Below, in pieces: positions 52,769-60,964 of a stretch of DNA of 64,000 nucleotides (position 1 is the first letter of the stretch; every line of letters begins with the position of its first letter). Made by a program: the position numbers and the translations under genes. The notes below the pieces were generated by a model. It did no database searches, was not told the origin of the DNA, and was given only the letters and a program-made list of their open reading frames with translations. The stretch spans positions 22,386-86,385 of the forward strand of contig CAVYMB010000003.1 of the NCBI GenBank assembly GCA_963769545.1, in the 5' to 3' direction. The DNA is from an uncultured Thermoleophilia bacterium. Lineage in GTDB: Bacteria; Actinomycetota; Thermoleophilia; Gaiellales; Gaiellaceae.

Positions 52769-53866
52769 ATGAAAGGACTCGTCTATCAAGGACCGGGTGA
52801 GCGCGCCTGGGAGCTCGTCCCAGACCCGGCCATCATCGAGCCGACGGACGCCATCGTCCGCATCGACTCGTCGACGATCTGCGGGACCGACCTGCACATC
52901 CTCAAGGGCGATGTGCCGGAGACGGTGCCGGGGACGATCCTCGGCCACGAGGCGGTCGGCACGATCGTCGAGACAGGCACGGCGGTCACGACCGTGAAGC
53001 CCGGCGACCGTGTGCTCGTCTCCTGCATCACGTCGTGCGGTCGTTGCCGGTTCTGCAAGGAGGGGCATTACGGCCTCTGCACCGGAGGCGGTGGGTGGAT
53101 CTTCGGCCACCTGATCGACGGGCTTCAGGCCGAGTACGCACGCGTGCCGTTCGTCGATACGTCCGTCTACAAGGTTCCGGAAGGGTTGTCGGACGAACAG
53201 GTTCTCTTCCTCGCTGACATCCTGCCGACGGCATACGAGGTCGGCGTCCTGAATGGGCGCGTCGAGCCCGGCGACACCGTCGCGGTCGTCGGCGCCGGCC
53301 CGATCGGTCTCGCGGCGATCATGACCGCGAAGCTGCACACCCCGGGACGGATCGTTGCGATCGACCTCGCCGACGCACGCCTCGAGAAGGCACGCGAGTT
53401 CGGTGCTGACGTCACGATCAACAACGGGCGCGAGGACGCAGTGGCCAAAGTGATGGACCTGACCGGCGGTCTCGGAGCCGACACGGCGATCGAGGCGGTC
53501 GGCGTGCCCGAGACCTTCGAGCTCTGCGCGGAGATCATCCGGCCGGGCGGCAGGCTCGCGAACGTGGGAGTCCACGGTCATCCAGTGACGTTGCATCTGG
53601 AGAAGCTTTGGATCCGCGACGTGCTGATCACGACCGGGCTGGTCGACACCTCGACGACGTCGAAGCTGCTTCGGCTGATCCAAGGCGGTCGACTCGACCC
53701 GACACCGTTCGCGACGCACCACTTCGCGCTCGGCGAGACGGAAAAGGCGTACGACGTGTTCGGCGCAGCGGCGGAGACGCACGCGCTCAAGGTCGTACTC
53801 ACGGCCGTCGCCCCGGACCACGAGCTCGTCGCACGCGAAGAACAGCTGGTCGGCGCCGCAGTCTGA
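52769..53866 (+). CDS. Zinc-dependent alcohol dehydrogenase (MDR superfamily)
   Basis: Listed ORF with ATG after AAGGAGG. The catalytic Zn motifs are CGTDLH and GHEAVG. The structural Zn cluster is CGRCRFCKEGHYGLC. The NAD fold motif is VVGAGPIG. Confidence 0.9.
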   Translation: MKGLVYQGPGERAWELVPDPAIIEPTDAIVRIDSSTICGTDLHILKGDVPETVPGTILGHEAVGTIVETGTAVTTVKPGDRVLVSCITSCGRCRFCKEGHYGLCTGGGGWIFGHLIDGLQAEYARVPFVDTSVYKVPEGLSDEQVLFLADILPTAYEVGVLNGRVEPGDTVAVVGAGPIGLAAIMTAKLHTPGRIVAIDLADARLEKAREFGADVTINNGREDAVAKVMDLTGGLGADTAIEAVGVPETFELCAEIIRPGGRLANVGVHGHPVTLHLEKLWIRDVLITTGLVDTSTTSKLLRLIQGGRLDPTPFATHHFALGETEKAYDVFGAAAETHALKVVLTAVAPDHELVAREEQLVGAAV

Positions 53867-53878
53867 TCGAGTCGACTG

Positions 53879-53927
53879 TGACCCACAGATCGAGTTGCGG
53901 AAACACCGCAGTCCGATCTGTGGGTCA
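53879..53927. other. Long perfect hairpin downstream of adh that includes the first in-frame ATG of the next ORF
   Basis: The 14-bp arms are tgacccacagatcg (53879-53892) and cgatctgtgggtca (53914-53927), with an inner tgcgg/ccgca stem. No U-tract follows. Confidence 0.6.
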
Positions 53928-53968
53928 TGCTGATTGCCGGCCGGGCCGAATCCGCGATCGTTCCTGTT

Positions 53969-54973
53969 ATGGACGACCTGGACACGCTGAGCATGCATTG
54001 GCGAAGCTCGTTGGACGCCGCGGAGGATGCACTCAACGAGGTGAGCCGTAGCCGCCGGTCGTTGCAGTTCGCGCCTGAAGAAGTGAATGCCCGGTTCGGC
54101 GATCTCGCGCGCGAACGGGTCGAGGTCGAGGACGCCCTCGAACAGCTGGCGCGCCTCACGCACGGGGGCCTCCACCGGCGGCTCACAGGCCCTCGGGCTA
54201 GTGGGGATCTGATCGGGCTCGACCGCGAGGTCGCCGCCTGTGTCTTCGACCTCGACGGTGTGCTCACCGCGAGCGCGGCACTGCATGCAGCCGCCTGGCA
54301 GGAGACGTTCGACCAGTTGCTCGCCCGCCATCACGAGACCGCGGGCGACCGGTTCGGCCCATGGCGGCCGTTCGATGCCCAGCACGACTACGAGCTCTAC
54401 ATCCACGGCAGGCCGCGTATCGAGGGAGTTCATGCGTTCCTCGCGAGCCGTGGTATCCGCCTGCCCGAGGGGCAGGTCGACGATCCACCCGGCACCGAGA
54501 CTGCGCATGGGCTCGCCAATCGGAAGAACTCTGCGCTTCAGCGACGGCTCGGGCACGACGGTGTCAGCGCTTTCGACGGCTCGCTTCGCTTCCTGGAGGT
54601 CGCCCACGAAGCGGGGCTGCGGTGCGCAGTGGTCTCTGCGAGCGCGAACACCGACGAGATTCTCGGCCGCTCGGGGCTTCGGGAGCTCGTCGATACGGTG
54701 GTCGACGGCGCAGTGATCCAGTCGGAGCACCTGCGCGGCAAGCCGGCCCCCGATTCGGTCCTCGCGGCGTGTCGCCGCCTCGCTGTCAAGCCGGAACGAG
54801 TTGCGAGCTTCGAGACGACGCGCGTCGGAATCGTCGCCGGTCATTCCGCCGGGGTGCACTCGGTGATCGGGGTCGACCGGTCCGGCCGCGCAGCAGCTCT
54901 CGTCGCGCAGGGAGCAGACCGGGTCGTGTCGGATCTCGCAGACCTGATCGATCCGCGCCTCTCGGCCGCCTAG
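53969..54973 (+). CDS. HAD-IA hydrolase (beta-phosphoglucomutase-like) with ~85-100-aa N-terminal extension
   Basis: Part of listed ORF 53927..54973. ATG at 53969 is preferred because 53927 is buried in the hairpin. The HAD motifs are CVFDLDGVLT, SASAN, GKPAPD and a C-terminal acidic motif. The N-terminal part is helical and coiled-coil-like. Confidence 0.75.
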   Translation: MDDLDTLSMHWRSSLDAAEDALNEVSRSRRSLQFAPEEVNARFGDLARERVEVEDALEQLARLTHGGLHRRLTGPRASGDLIGLDREVAACVFDLDGVLTASAALHAAAWQETFDQLLARHHETAGDRFGPWRPFDAQHDYELYIHGRPRIEGVHAFLASRGIRLPEGQVDDPPGTETAHGLANRKNSALQRRLGHDGVSAFDGSLRFLEVAHEAGLRCAVVSASANTDEILGRSGLRELVDTVVDGAVIQSEHLRGKPAPDSVLAACRRLAVKPERVASFETTRVGIVAGHSAGVHSVIGVDRSGRAAALVAQGADRVVSDLADLIDPRLSAA

Positions 54974-55057
54974 CTGCTCGCGGCTCCGTACATCACCGCA
55001 CCCGCGCTCGGTAGGCGGCCCGATGTCCGGCGACGCTTCCTCCGGCACCGTGACCGC

Positions 55058-55261
55058 ATGGCCGAGAACGCCTTGACGGAACGCGAACGGACGACAGCCG
55101 TCCTGCTCGCCTACGGTCACACGAATCGCGACGTCGCCGCCGCGCTTCAGGTGTCTGTTCGCACCGCCGAGGCCGAGCGTGCGCGCCTGATGCGCAAGCT
55201 CGGGCTCGAACGGCGCCTGGAGCTCGTCCGCTGGGCGCTCGAGCGCGGTTTCCTCCGCTGA
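55058..55261 (+). CDS. Stand-alone LuxR/GerE-type HTH transcriptional regulator (67 aa)
   Basis: Listed ORF. LTERERTTAVLLAYGHTNRDVAAALQVSVRTAEAERARLMRKLG fits the family. Confidence 0.75.
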   Translation: MAENALTERERTTAVLLAYGHTNRDVAAALQVSVRTAEAERARLMRKLGLERRLELVRWALERGFLR

Positions 55262-55397
55262 CGTGCTGCGGGAAACCCGAAGCCGGCTTCGGGGGCATCC
55301 ACGATGGCTCGGCTCGAGAAGGCGGCCAGAGTGCCAGAAAAGGAAATCAGGTCGAACGCGCGGAGACGAGCCTCGGCCCAGACAGAAGGAGAACGAG

Positions 55398-56033
55398 ATG
55401 CGCAAGCTCTTCGAAATCGGTGGACTCGTCGCCGCTGTCGTGCTCATCGGGTTCGGCGTCACCGCCGTCGTGATGGGGATCAACGGCCGCAACACCGTCC
55501 AGAACAGCCTCAAGCTCGAGCAGATCACGGGCACGCCGGACATGACGCCGTCGGCGATCGCCGCCGAGGCGAAGAAGGCCGGGCTGCCGGCGTCGATCAA
55601 GCTGCCGACCTCGAGCGTTGCCGGAGTCGCGATCAACACGGGCGCACAGGCCCGCGTATTCGCTCAGTACATGCGGATTCACACGCTCGAGGCGACGGGC
55701 GGCGTGCCCTACTCGCTGATGCCGCGGTACGCGACGGTCGACGGGAAGGGAACGAACGATCCGACCAAGGCGCTGCAGTCGAACGGGAGCCCGGTCGACA
55801 ACGCGGCACGGAACATCTGGGTAACGGAGACGGCGTTGACGACCGCACTGAACACGAGCTACATGGCCTCGCAGCTCGCGCTGTTCGGGATCGTCGTCGG
55901 ATTCGCGTTGCTGCTCACCGGTATCGGGTTCGCGATCCTCGCGATCGGCGGGGCACTTCGGAACCCGGACACTTCGCTCGCCTGGTTCAAGAAGGACCAG
56001 CCGAACACCATTCGGCCGGTGCCGACGACTTAG
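55398..56033 (+). CDS. Hypothetical membrane protein with N- and C-terminal TM segments (211 aa)
   Basis: Part of listed ORF 55263..56033, with ATG at 55398 after GAAGGAG. The TM segments are GGLVAAVVLIGFGVTAVVMGI and LALFGIVVGFALLLTGIGFAILAIGG. Confidence 0.6.
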   Translation: MRKLFEIGGLVAAVVLIGFGVTAVVMGINGRNTVQNSLKLEQITGTPDMTPSAIAAEAKKAGLPASIKLPTSSVAGVAINTGAQARVFAQYMRIHTLEATGGVPYSLMPRYATVDGKGTNDPTKALQSNGSPVDNAARNIWVTETALTTALNTSYMASQLALFGIVVGFALLLTGIGFAILAIGGALRNPDTSLAWFKKDQPNTIRPVPTT

Positions 56034-56054
56034 ATCCAAGTTCTCCGCAATCAT

Positions 56055-56084
56055 GAGTGAGGGCCGCAGCTGTGGCCCTCACTC
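56055..56084 (+). terminator. Hairpin after the membrane-protein gene
   Basis: The arms gagtgagggcc and ggccctcactc form an 11-bp perfect stem with an 8-nt loop. The T-tail is weak. Confidence 0.5.
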
Positions 56085-56132
56085 GTTCCGCTGAGGCGGA
56101 GCGAAGTTGGAGAACCTGGAAAGGGAGTTCAA

Positions 56133-56642
56133 ATGAGCACAGACCCGGTTCGGCGAGCCAACCTCAGCGCGATCGCGTGCGATCCACGTCCGCAGTTGCC
56201 CGACGGCTTCCGGCGGAACAGCACTCGAGTCGGGGCGATGCTCGGGGCGGCCCGCACCGGGCTCAGCGTCTATGAGCTACCTCCCGGCCAAGCTGTCAGC
56301 CCCTACCACTACGAAGAACCAGAAGAGGAGTGGCTGCTGGTCGTCTCGGGCACGCCAACCCTGCGGCATCCGGGCGGCGAGGACCAGCTCGAACCGTGGG
56401 ACCTCGTCTTCTTTCCGGCCGGTCCCGCCGGAGCACATCTCGTGCGGAACAACAGCGAATCAACCGCCCGCGTCGCGATGTTCTCCTCCTCGCTGGCGAC
56501 GGTCGGCGCCGTCGTCTACCCGGACAGCGACACGATCTGGGCCTGGACAGCCGACGACGCGGTCGACATCGTCGTCAAGCGGAGTAGCGCCGTCGACCCG
56601 ATAGCGCCATGGACTACTGGCGAAGGGCGAGCCGAAGCGTAA
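56133..56642 (+). CDS. Cupin domain protein
   Basis: Listed ORF with ATG after GAAAGGGAG. HYEEPEEEWLLVVSGTPTL and FFPAGPAGAHLVRN are cupin motifs. Confidence 0.7.
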   Translation: MSTDPVRRANLSAIACDPRPQLPDGFRRNSTRVGAMLGAARTGLSVYELPPGQAVSPYHYEEPEEEWLLVVSGTPTLRHPGGEDQLEPWDLVFFPAGPAGAHLVRNNSESTARVAMFSSSLATVGAVVYPDSDTIWAWTADDAVDIVVKRSSAVDPIAPWTTGEGRAEA

Positions 56643-56661
56643 GGCCGTTTGGGCTCAGAAG

Positions 56662-56750
56662 CGGAGGGGGAGGGATTTGAACCCTCGACCGACGAAACCG
56701 CCGGTAACGGTTTTCGAGACCGCCGCATTCGACCGCTCTGCCACCCCTCC
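56662..56750 (-). tRNA. tRNA-Ser (anticodon CGA)
   Basis: The reverse complement folds by hand. It has acceptor GGAGGGG/CCCCTCC, anticodon loop CTCGAAA, a long variable arm, and T-arm GAGGG-TTCAAAT-CCCTC. Confidence 0.9.
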
Positions 56751-56807
56751 GCGCGGGCCACAGCGTACCGGGCACTCGCCAGGGCCTCGGGTACGATTCG
56801 CGCGCCC

Positions 56808-56898
56808 GGAGAAGTGGCCGAGTGGCTGAAGGCGGCGCCCTGCTAAGGCGTTAGGTGGGGAAATCCCTGCCTCGAGGGTTCGAATCCCTCCTTCTCCG
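56808..56898 (+). tRNA. tRNA-Ser (anticodon GCT)
   Basis: It has acceptor GGAGAAG/CTTCTCC, anticodon stem GCGCC/GGCGT with loop CTGCTAA, a long variable arm, and T-arm GAGGG-TTCGAAT-CCCTC. Confidence 0.9.
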
Positions 56899-57008
56899 CT
56901 CCGGCCCGAGAATCACCCTTCCGAGCGATGGCCGCGAGGCGTCATCTGTCCCACGATGCGGGTTGCCGGCTCCCCCTGACACTGTCCGGCACCGTACGAC
57001 CTGCGGCG

Positions 57009-57040
57009 ACCCGCTCAATAGAGCGGGTTCGCTGTCTTTT
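57009..57040 (+). terminator. Intrinsic-terminator-like hairpin with T-tract
   Basis: acccgctc-aata-gagcgggt is followed by tcgctgtctttt. Confidence 0.55.
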
Positions 57041-57058
57041 GGGGCCTTGTTCGCCCGC

Positions 57059-57604
57059 TCAGTGGGTCGAGGTGTAGACGAAGGCCGCCACGTCCTGGAT
57101 CTGCTCGGCGGTCAGCGTGTCCTTGAACGACGGCATCACACCGCCGCCGACCGTCACCTGGTGGACGACGATGGCCTCGGCCGGCTTGAGCTGGTCGAGG
57201 TCGGGCCCGACCGTCCCGGTCGCACCGGCGGCCTTCAGCGTGTGGCAGCTGACGCAGCCTGCCGTCTTGAACACCTGCTTGCCCGCCACGGGGTCGCCCT
57301 GCACCGCCGGCGGTGCGGCGCCGGTGCTGGTCGACGGCGAGGTCGTGGTAGCGGGAGTCGTGGCGGCGCTGGCCTCGGGCTTCTCCTTCCCGAGCGTGAA
57401 CACCGCCGCGATCATCCCGATCACGAGGCAGGCCACCACCACGATGAACCAGCCCATGTGGCGCCCCGGGAAGTTCGAATAGCGGGACGGCACGACGAGC
57501 GAGAAGACGAGCGCGATCACGATGAACACGGCGCCGGCCGCCGCAATGCCGAGCTTCTGGCCGGTCGAAAGCCCGGCGATCACGAGGGAGATCGTCAGCA
57601 GCAC
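57059..57604 (-). CDS. Membrane-anchored c-type cytochrome
   Basis: Listed ORF with a GTG start. It has two TM segments, a Thr/Pro/Ala linker, and a haem-binding CVSCH motif with a distal Met region (GGGVMPSF). Confidence 0.8.
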   Translation of the reverse strand: MLLTISLVIAGLSTGQKLGIAAAGAVFIVIALVFSLVVPSRYSNFPGRHMGWFIVVVACLVIGMIAAVFTLGKEKPEASAATTPATTTSPSTSTGAAPPAVQGDPVAGKQVFKTAGCVSCHTLKAAGATGTVGPDLDQLKPAEAIVVHQVTVGGGVMPSFKDTLTAEQIQDVAAFVYTSTH

Positions 57605-57645
57605 TGCGGCCGGAACCTACCGCAAGCGGCGGCCGCGGGACGACG

Positions 57646-58644
57646 TCATCCCTCGGCGGGCGGTCGGTCCGGTGCCTGCTTCGCCCACGCCGCCAGCACG
57701 GCGGACTCCTTCGCCCGCGCCAGGCCTGCCGGCGGGTCGGCCGGTGCCTCGCCGCTGGCTATCCACTCGAGCGTCCCGGCCACCGTCTCGATCAGCGGGC
57801 GGACGACGAGGCCCGCTTCGAGCGCAGGGCCGACCGGTGTCGAGAGCATCGAGGCGTATCGCGGCTCGTGCAGCCACAGCGGCAGCTCCATCCACTCCTC
57901 GACGTCCTGGGCGACGAGGAAGTCGGGGTCGACCCAGACGACCTCTGCGTCCGAGCCGGCGGCGAGCCGGCAGGTCTCGATCAGGTCGCCTCGCGCGGTC
58001 GGCGGGGCAACCGCATTGAACGTTCCGCCGAGCCCCCGTTCAGCCGCGTCGACGATCCAGCCGGCGAGGTCGCGCGCATCGATCACCTGCGCGGCTGCGG
58101 AAGGCGGCGCGGGCGCGAGCACTGGACCGGCGTCGAGAAAGCGCTGCGGCCAGTAGGTGAAGCGGCCGGTCGGGTCCCAGGGGCCGACGATCAGCCCGGG
58201 TCGCGGGATGAACGCCTCCGGGAAGCGCGTTCGCACGACGCGTTCGCAGAGCGCCTTCAACGGGCCGTAGGCAGGCCCGCGGAACTCCTCCGTCTCCTCT
58301 TCCAAGCGTGCGGTCGGCGCGTCCTCGCCGGCGGGATGCTCGAGCGACGCGTACACCGAGATAGACGAGACGAACGTGTAGTGCCCGACGTCCGTGAGTG
58401 CGTCGAGTGTCGCCGAGACGACGCGCGGGACATACCCGCTCGTGTCGACCACCGCGTCGAAGCTGCGCCCCGCGAGCGCCGCCAGATCGCCGTCGCGGTC
58501 GCCACGGAGCTTCTCCACATCGGGGTACAGCTCGGGGCGCGTTTGCCCGCGATTGAAGAGCGTCACGGCGTGCTCGCGTTCGAGCGCCGCGTCGACCACG
58601 TGCCGCCCGAGGAACTGGGTGCCGCCGAGAACGAGGATGTGCAT
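57646..58644 (-). CDS. NAD-dependent epimerase/dehydratase (extended SDR) family protein
   Basis: Part of listed ORF 57646..58677, with ATG at 58644 (MHILVLGGTQFLGRHVV). Confidence 0.75.
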   Translation of the reverse strand: MHILVLGGTQFLGRHVVDAALEREHAVTLFNRGQTRPELYPDVEKLRGDRDGDLAALAGRSFDAVVDTSGYVPRVVSATLDALTDVGHYTFVSSISVYASLEHPAGEDAPTARLEEETEEFRGPAYGPLKALCERVVRTRFPEAFIPRPGLIVGPWDPTGRFTYWPQRFLDAGPVLAPAPPSAAAQVIDARDLAGWIVDAAERGLGGTFNAVAPPTARGDLIETCRLAAGSDAEVVWVDPDFLVAQDVEEWMELPLWLHEPRYASMLSTPVGPALEAGLVVRPLIETVAGTLEWIASGEAPADPPAGLARAKESAVLAAWAKQAPDRPPAEG

Positions 58645-58656
58645 ACGCTCAAGCGT

Positions 58657-59130
58657 ATGGTCTGGTTCGTCCGTCACGCGCAGGTGGTCGTCGATCTGGA
58701 GCGGCCGGCGTCGACGTGGCGGCTCTCTCCCGAGGGGCGCGCGGCGGCCGAGAAGCTCGCGCGGCGGCTCTCGCCGGTCGCCCGCGTGGTCTCGAGCATC
58801 GAGCCGAAGGCGGTCGCCACTGCCGAGCCGCTCGCACGGCTCTCGGGCGTCGAGCTCGAACTGGACGAGCGGCTACGTGAGGTCGAACGCGCCGCGAACC
58901 TGCCTGACGCCGGCTCCCATCGCGCCGCGGTCCGCGCGTACCTGGACGGCGCGGACGTCGACGGGTGGGAGAGGAGCGCGCCGGCGCGGGCTCGGTTCGC
59001 GGCCGCGCTCGAGCGTGTCGATGATGCCGCGGTCGTCACGCACGCGACCGTGCTCTCGCTCTTCCTCGGTTACGACTTCGACGCGTGGGCGCGGATCGGC
59101 CTGCCCGATGTGATCGAGTGGCGCCCCTGA
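58657..59130 (+). CDS. Histidine phosphatase (phosphoglycerate-mutase-like) family protein
   Basis: Part of listed ORF 57868..59130, with ATG at 58657. The motifs are MVWFVRHAQ (RH motif) and VVTHATVL. Confidence 0.65.
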   Translation: MVWFVRHAQVVVDLERPASTWRLSPEGRAAAEKLARRLSPVARVVSSIEPKAVATAEPLARLSGVELELDERLREVERAANLPDAGSHRAAVRAYLDGADVDGWERSAPARARFAAALERVDDAAVVTHATVLSLFLGYDFDAWARIGLPDVIEWRP

Positions 59131-59567
59131 TCCGGCCGCTCGAGCAGTCGGACTACGGCCGCGTGATCGGCGTGGTCGACGCGTGGTGGGGAGGACGGGC
59201 GATGGCGGCGATGCTGCCGAAGCTCTTCTTCGTCCACTTCGGCGACACCTCGTTCGCCGCGGACGAGGGTGGCGAGCTGGTCGGCTTCCTCTGCGGCCTG
59301 TGTTCTCAGACCTTCGCCGACGAGGCATACGTGCATTTCGTCGGCGTCGATCCCGCCCAGCGGGGCCGTGGCGTCGCCCGGTCGCTGTACGAGGCGTTTT
59401 TCAGCGCGGTCGCTCCACGGGCCACCGTGCGTGCGGTCACCTCGCCGGTCAACGAGGCCTCGGTCGCCTTCCACCGCTCGATCGGGTTCGAGGTCGAGCG
59501 GGTCGACGAGAGCTACGACGGCCGCGGCGAGGCGCGCGTGCTCCTGGTCTGGCGGCGCCCGACCTAG
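59118..59567 (+). CDS. GNAT family N-acetyltransferase
   Basis: Part of listed ORF 59085..59567. The likely start is GTG at 59118 (VAPLIRPLEQSD). VDPAQRGRGVARSLYEAF is the acetyl-CoA motif. Confidence 0.75.
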   Translation: MAPLIRPLEQSDYGRVIGVVDAWWGGRAMAAMLPKLFFVHFGDTSFAADEGGELVGFLCGLCSQTFADEAYVHFVGVDPAQRGRGVARSLYEAFFSAVAPRATVRAVTSPVNEASVAFHRSIGFEVERVDESYDGRGEARVLLVWRRPT

Positions 59568-59584
59568 CATCACCCGATCGAGGG

Positions 59585-60964
59585 ATGGGTGCCGTCCGGG
59601 GGGCGGCCGACCATCAAGCGGAGGTGTCGCCGCCACCTGTCTACCGTGGACCGTTCGGAAAGCTGCAAGCTGAGCGGCTGCTCTGGCGCGCCGGTTTCGG
59701 CCCGCGCAAGGGCGAGGCCGAGGCGCTGGCGAAGCTCGGGCTCGCCGGCGCTGTCCATCGGTTGACCAACCCGGGCTTCGAGCGTCTCGTCGGCCCGAAG
59801 CCGCACGACGACAAGGGCCATCCGCTGGCGCCGTACTCCGCGTGGGGCGACGATCACGCCTGGTGGCTCGATCGCATGGTGCGGACGAGCCGCCCGCTCG
59901 TCGAGCGGATGACGCTGATCTGGCACGACTGGTTCGCGACGTCCAACGACGGCGTGGGCAGCCAGAAGCTGATGCTCCAGCAGAACGAGCTGTTCCGCAA
60001 GCACGCGCTCGCCTCGTTCCACGATCTGCTCCGCGACGTGACGGCGAACCCCGCGATGCTCGAATGGCTGAACGGCCTACAGAACGAGAAAGGCTCGCCG
60101 AACGAGAACTATGGCCGCGAGATGATGGAGCTGTTCACGCTCGGAGCCGACCGCGGCGCGTACACCGAGAAGGACGTGCGAGAGCAGGCACGCGCGCTGA
60201 CCGGGTGGGAGAACCGCTGGCGCAGCGGTGTCGGCGCATACGACTTTCACTTCGACGCGGCCCGTCACGACACGGCCTCCAAGCGCGTGTTCGGCAAGTC
60301 CGGGAACTTCGACTGGCGCGACGCCTGCAACCTCTGCATCACGCACAAGCTGCACCCATCCTTCTTCGTGCAGAAGCTGTGGAGCTACTTCGTGCCGACG
60401 CCGCCGGATCACGGCACGCAGGCATCGCTCGAGGCGATCTACAAGAACGGCTATCAGGTGAAGCCGGTCGTCGCCGCGATCCTCAGCCACCCGACGCTGT
60501 ACCTCGGCCCGCGGCTGATGAAGCCACCGATCGTGCACACGGCCGGCCTCCTGCGCCGGCTCGGTGAGGGGATCACCACCACCGACTGGGCGTGGGTCGG
60601 CGACCTGTGCGGGCAACGGCTCTTCTATCCGCCGAACGTCGCCGGCTGGGACGACACGCGTTGGCTCGACACGGCAACGTTCCGTGGCCGCTGGTACGCG
60701 GTGCAGGTCGCCCTCCGCAACAAAGCGCTCGATCCGCAGAAGGCCAAGGAGCCGAACGACGCGAAGCAGCTCGTCGATCGCGCCGTCGGCTTCTGGAGCG
60801 ACCCGCCGCTGTCGGCCGGTACGTACGAAGCGCTGCTCGAGTTCGCGAGGCGTGCGCTCCATGACGCCGGCAACGCGAACTGGAAGCAGCAGCAGTACCC
60901 GGTGCTCGTCCAGAACGCGTTGCGCCAGCTCGTCGCCATGTCACCCGACCTGCAGACCGCATGA
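59585..60964 (+). CDS. DUF1800 domain protein
   Basis: Part of listed ORF 59183..60964, with ATG at 59585 or GTG at 59624. Family-typical motifs are MTLIWHDWFATS, NENYGREMMELFTLG and YPPNVAGW. Confidence 0.8.
   Translation: MGAVRGAADHQAEVSPPPVYRGPFGKLQAERLLWRAGFGPRKGEAEALAKLGLAGAVHRLTNPGFERLVGPKPHDDKGHPLAPYSAWGDDHAWWLDRMVRTSRPLVERMTLIWHDWFATSNDGVGSQKLMLQQNELFRKHALASFHDLLRDVTANPAMLEWLNGLQNEKGSPNENYGREMMELFTLGADRGAYTEKDVREQARALTGWENRWRSGVGAYDFHFDAARHDTASKRVFGKSGNFDWRDACNLCITHKLHPSFFVQKLWSYFVPTPPDHGTQASLEAIYKNGYQVKPVVAAILSHPTLYLGPRLMKPPIVHTAGLLRRLGEGITTTDWAWVGDLCGQRLFYPPNVAGWDDTRWLDTATFRGRWYAVQVALRNKALDPQKAKEPNDAKQLVDRAVGFWSDPPLSAGTYEALLEFARRALHDAGNANWKQQQYPVLVQNALRQLVAMSPDLQTA

Noticed and set aside
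52640-55639. 999-aa minus-strand ORF, the longest in this region
   Set aside because: It lies antisense to well-supported plus-strand genes (ADH, HAD, LuxR HTH). Its translation is Arg/Pro/Gly/Ala-rich with no recognisable motif. It is a typical stop-poor antisense frame of GC-rich DNA.
37082-56750. Possible tRNA-Ser-bounded genomic island, with tRNA-Ser genes at both ends of the accessory-looking 37-57 kb stretch
   Set aside because: I saw no integrase, recombinase, transposase or phage genes. There is no direct repeat of a tRNA 3' end beyond the shared T-arm of paralogous tRNAs. There is no visible shift in base composition or codon style.
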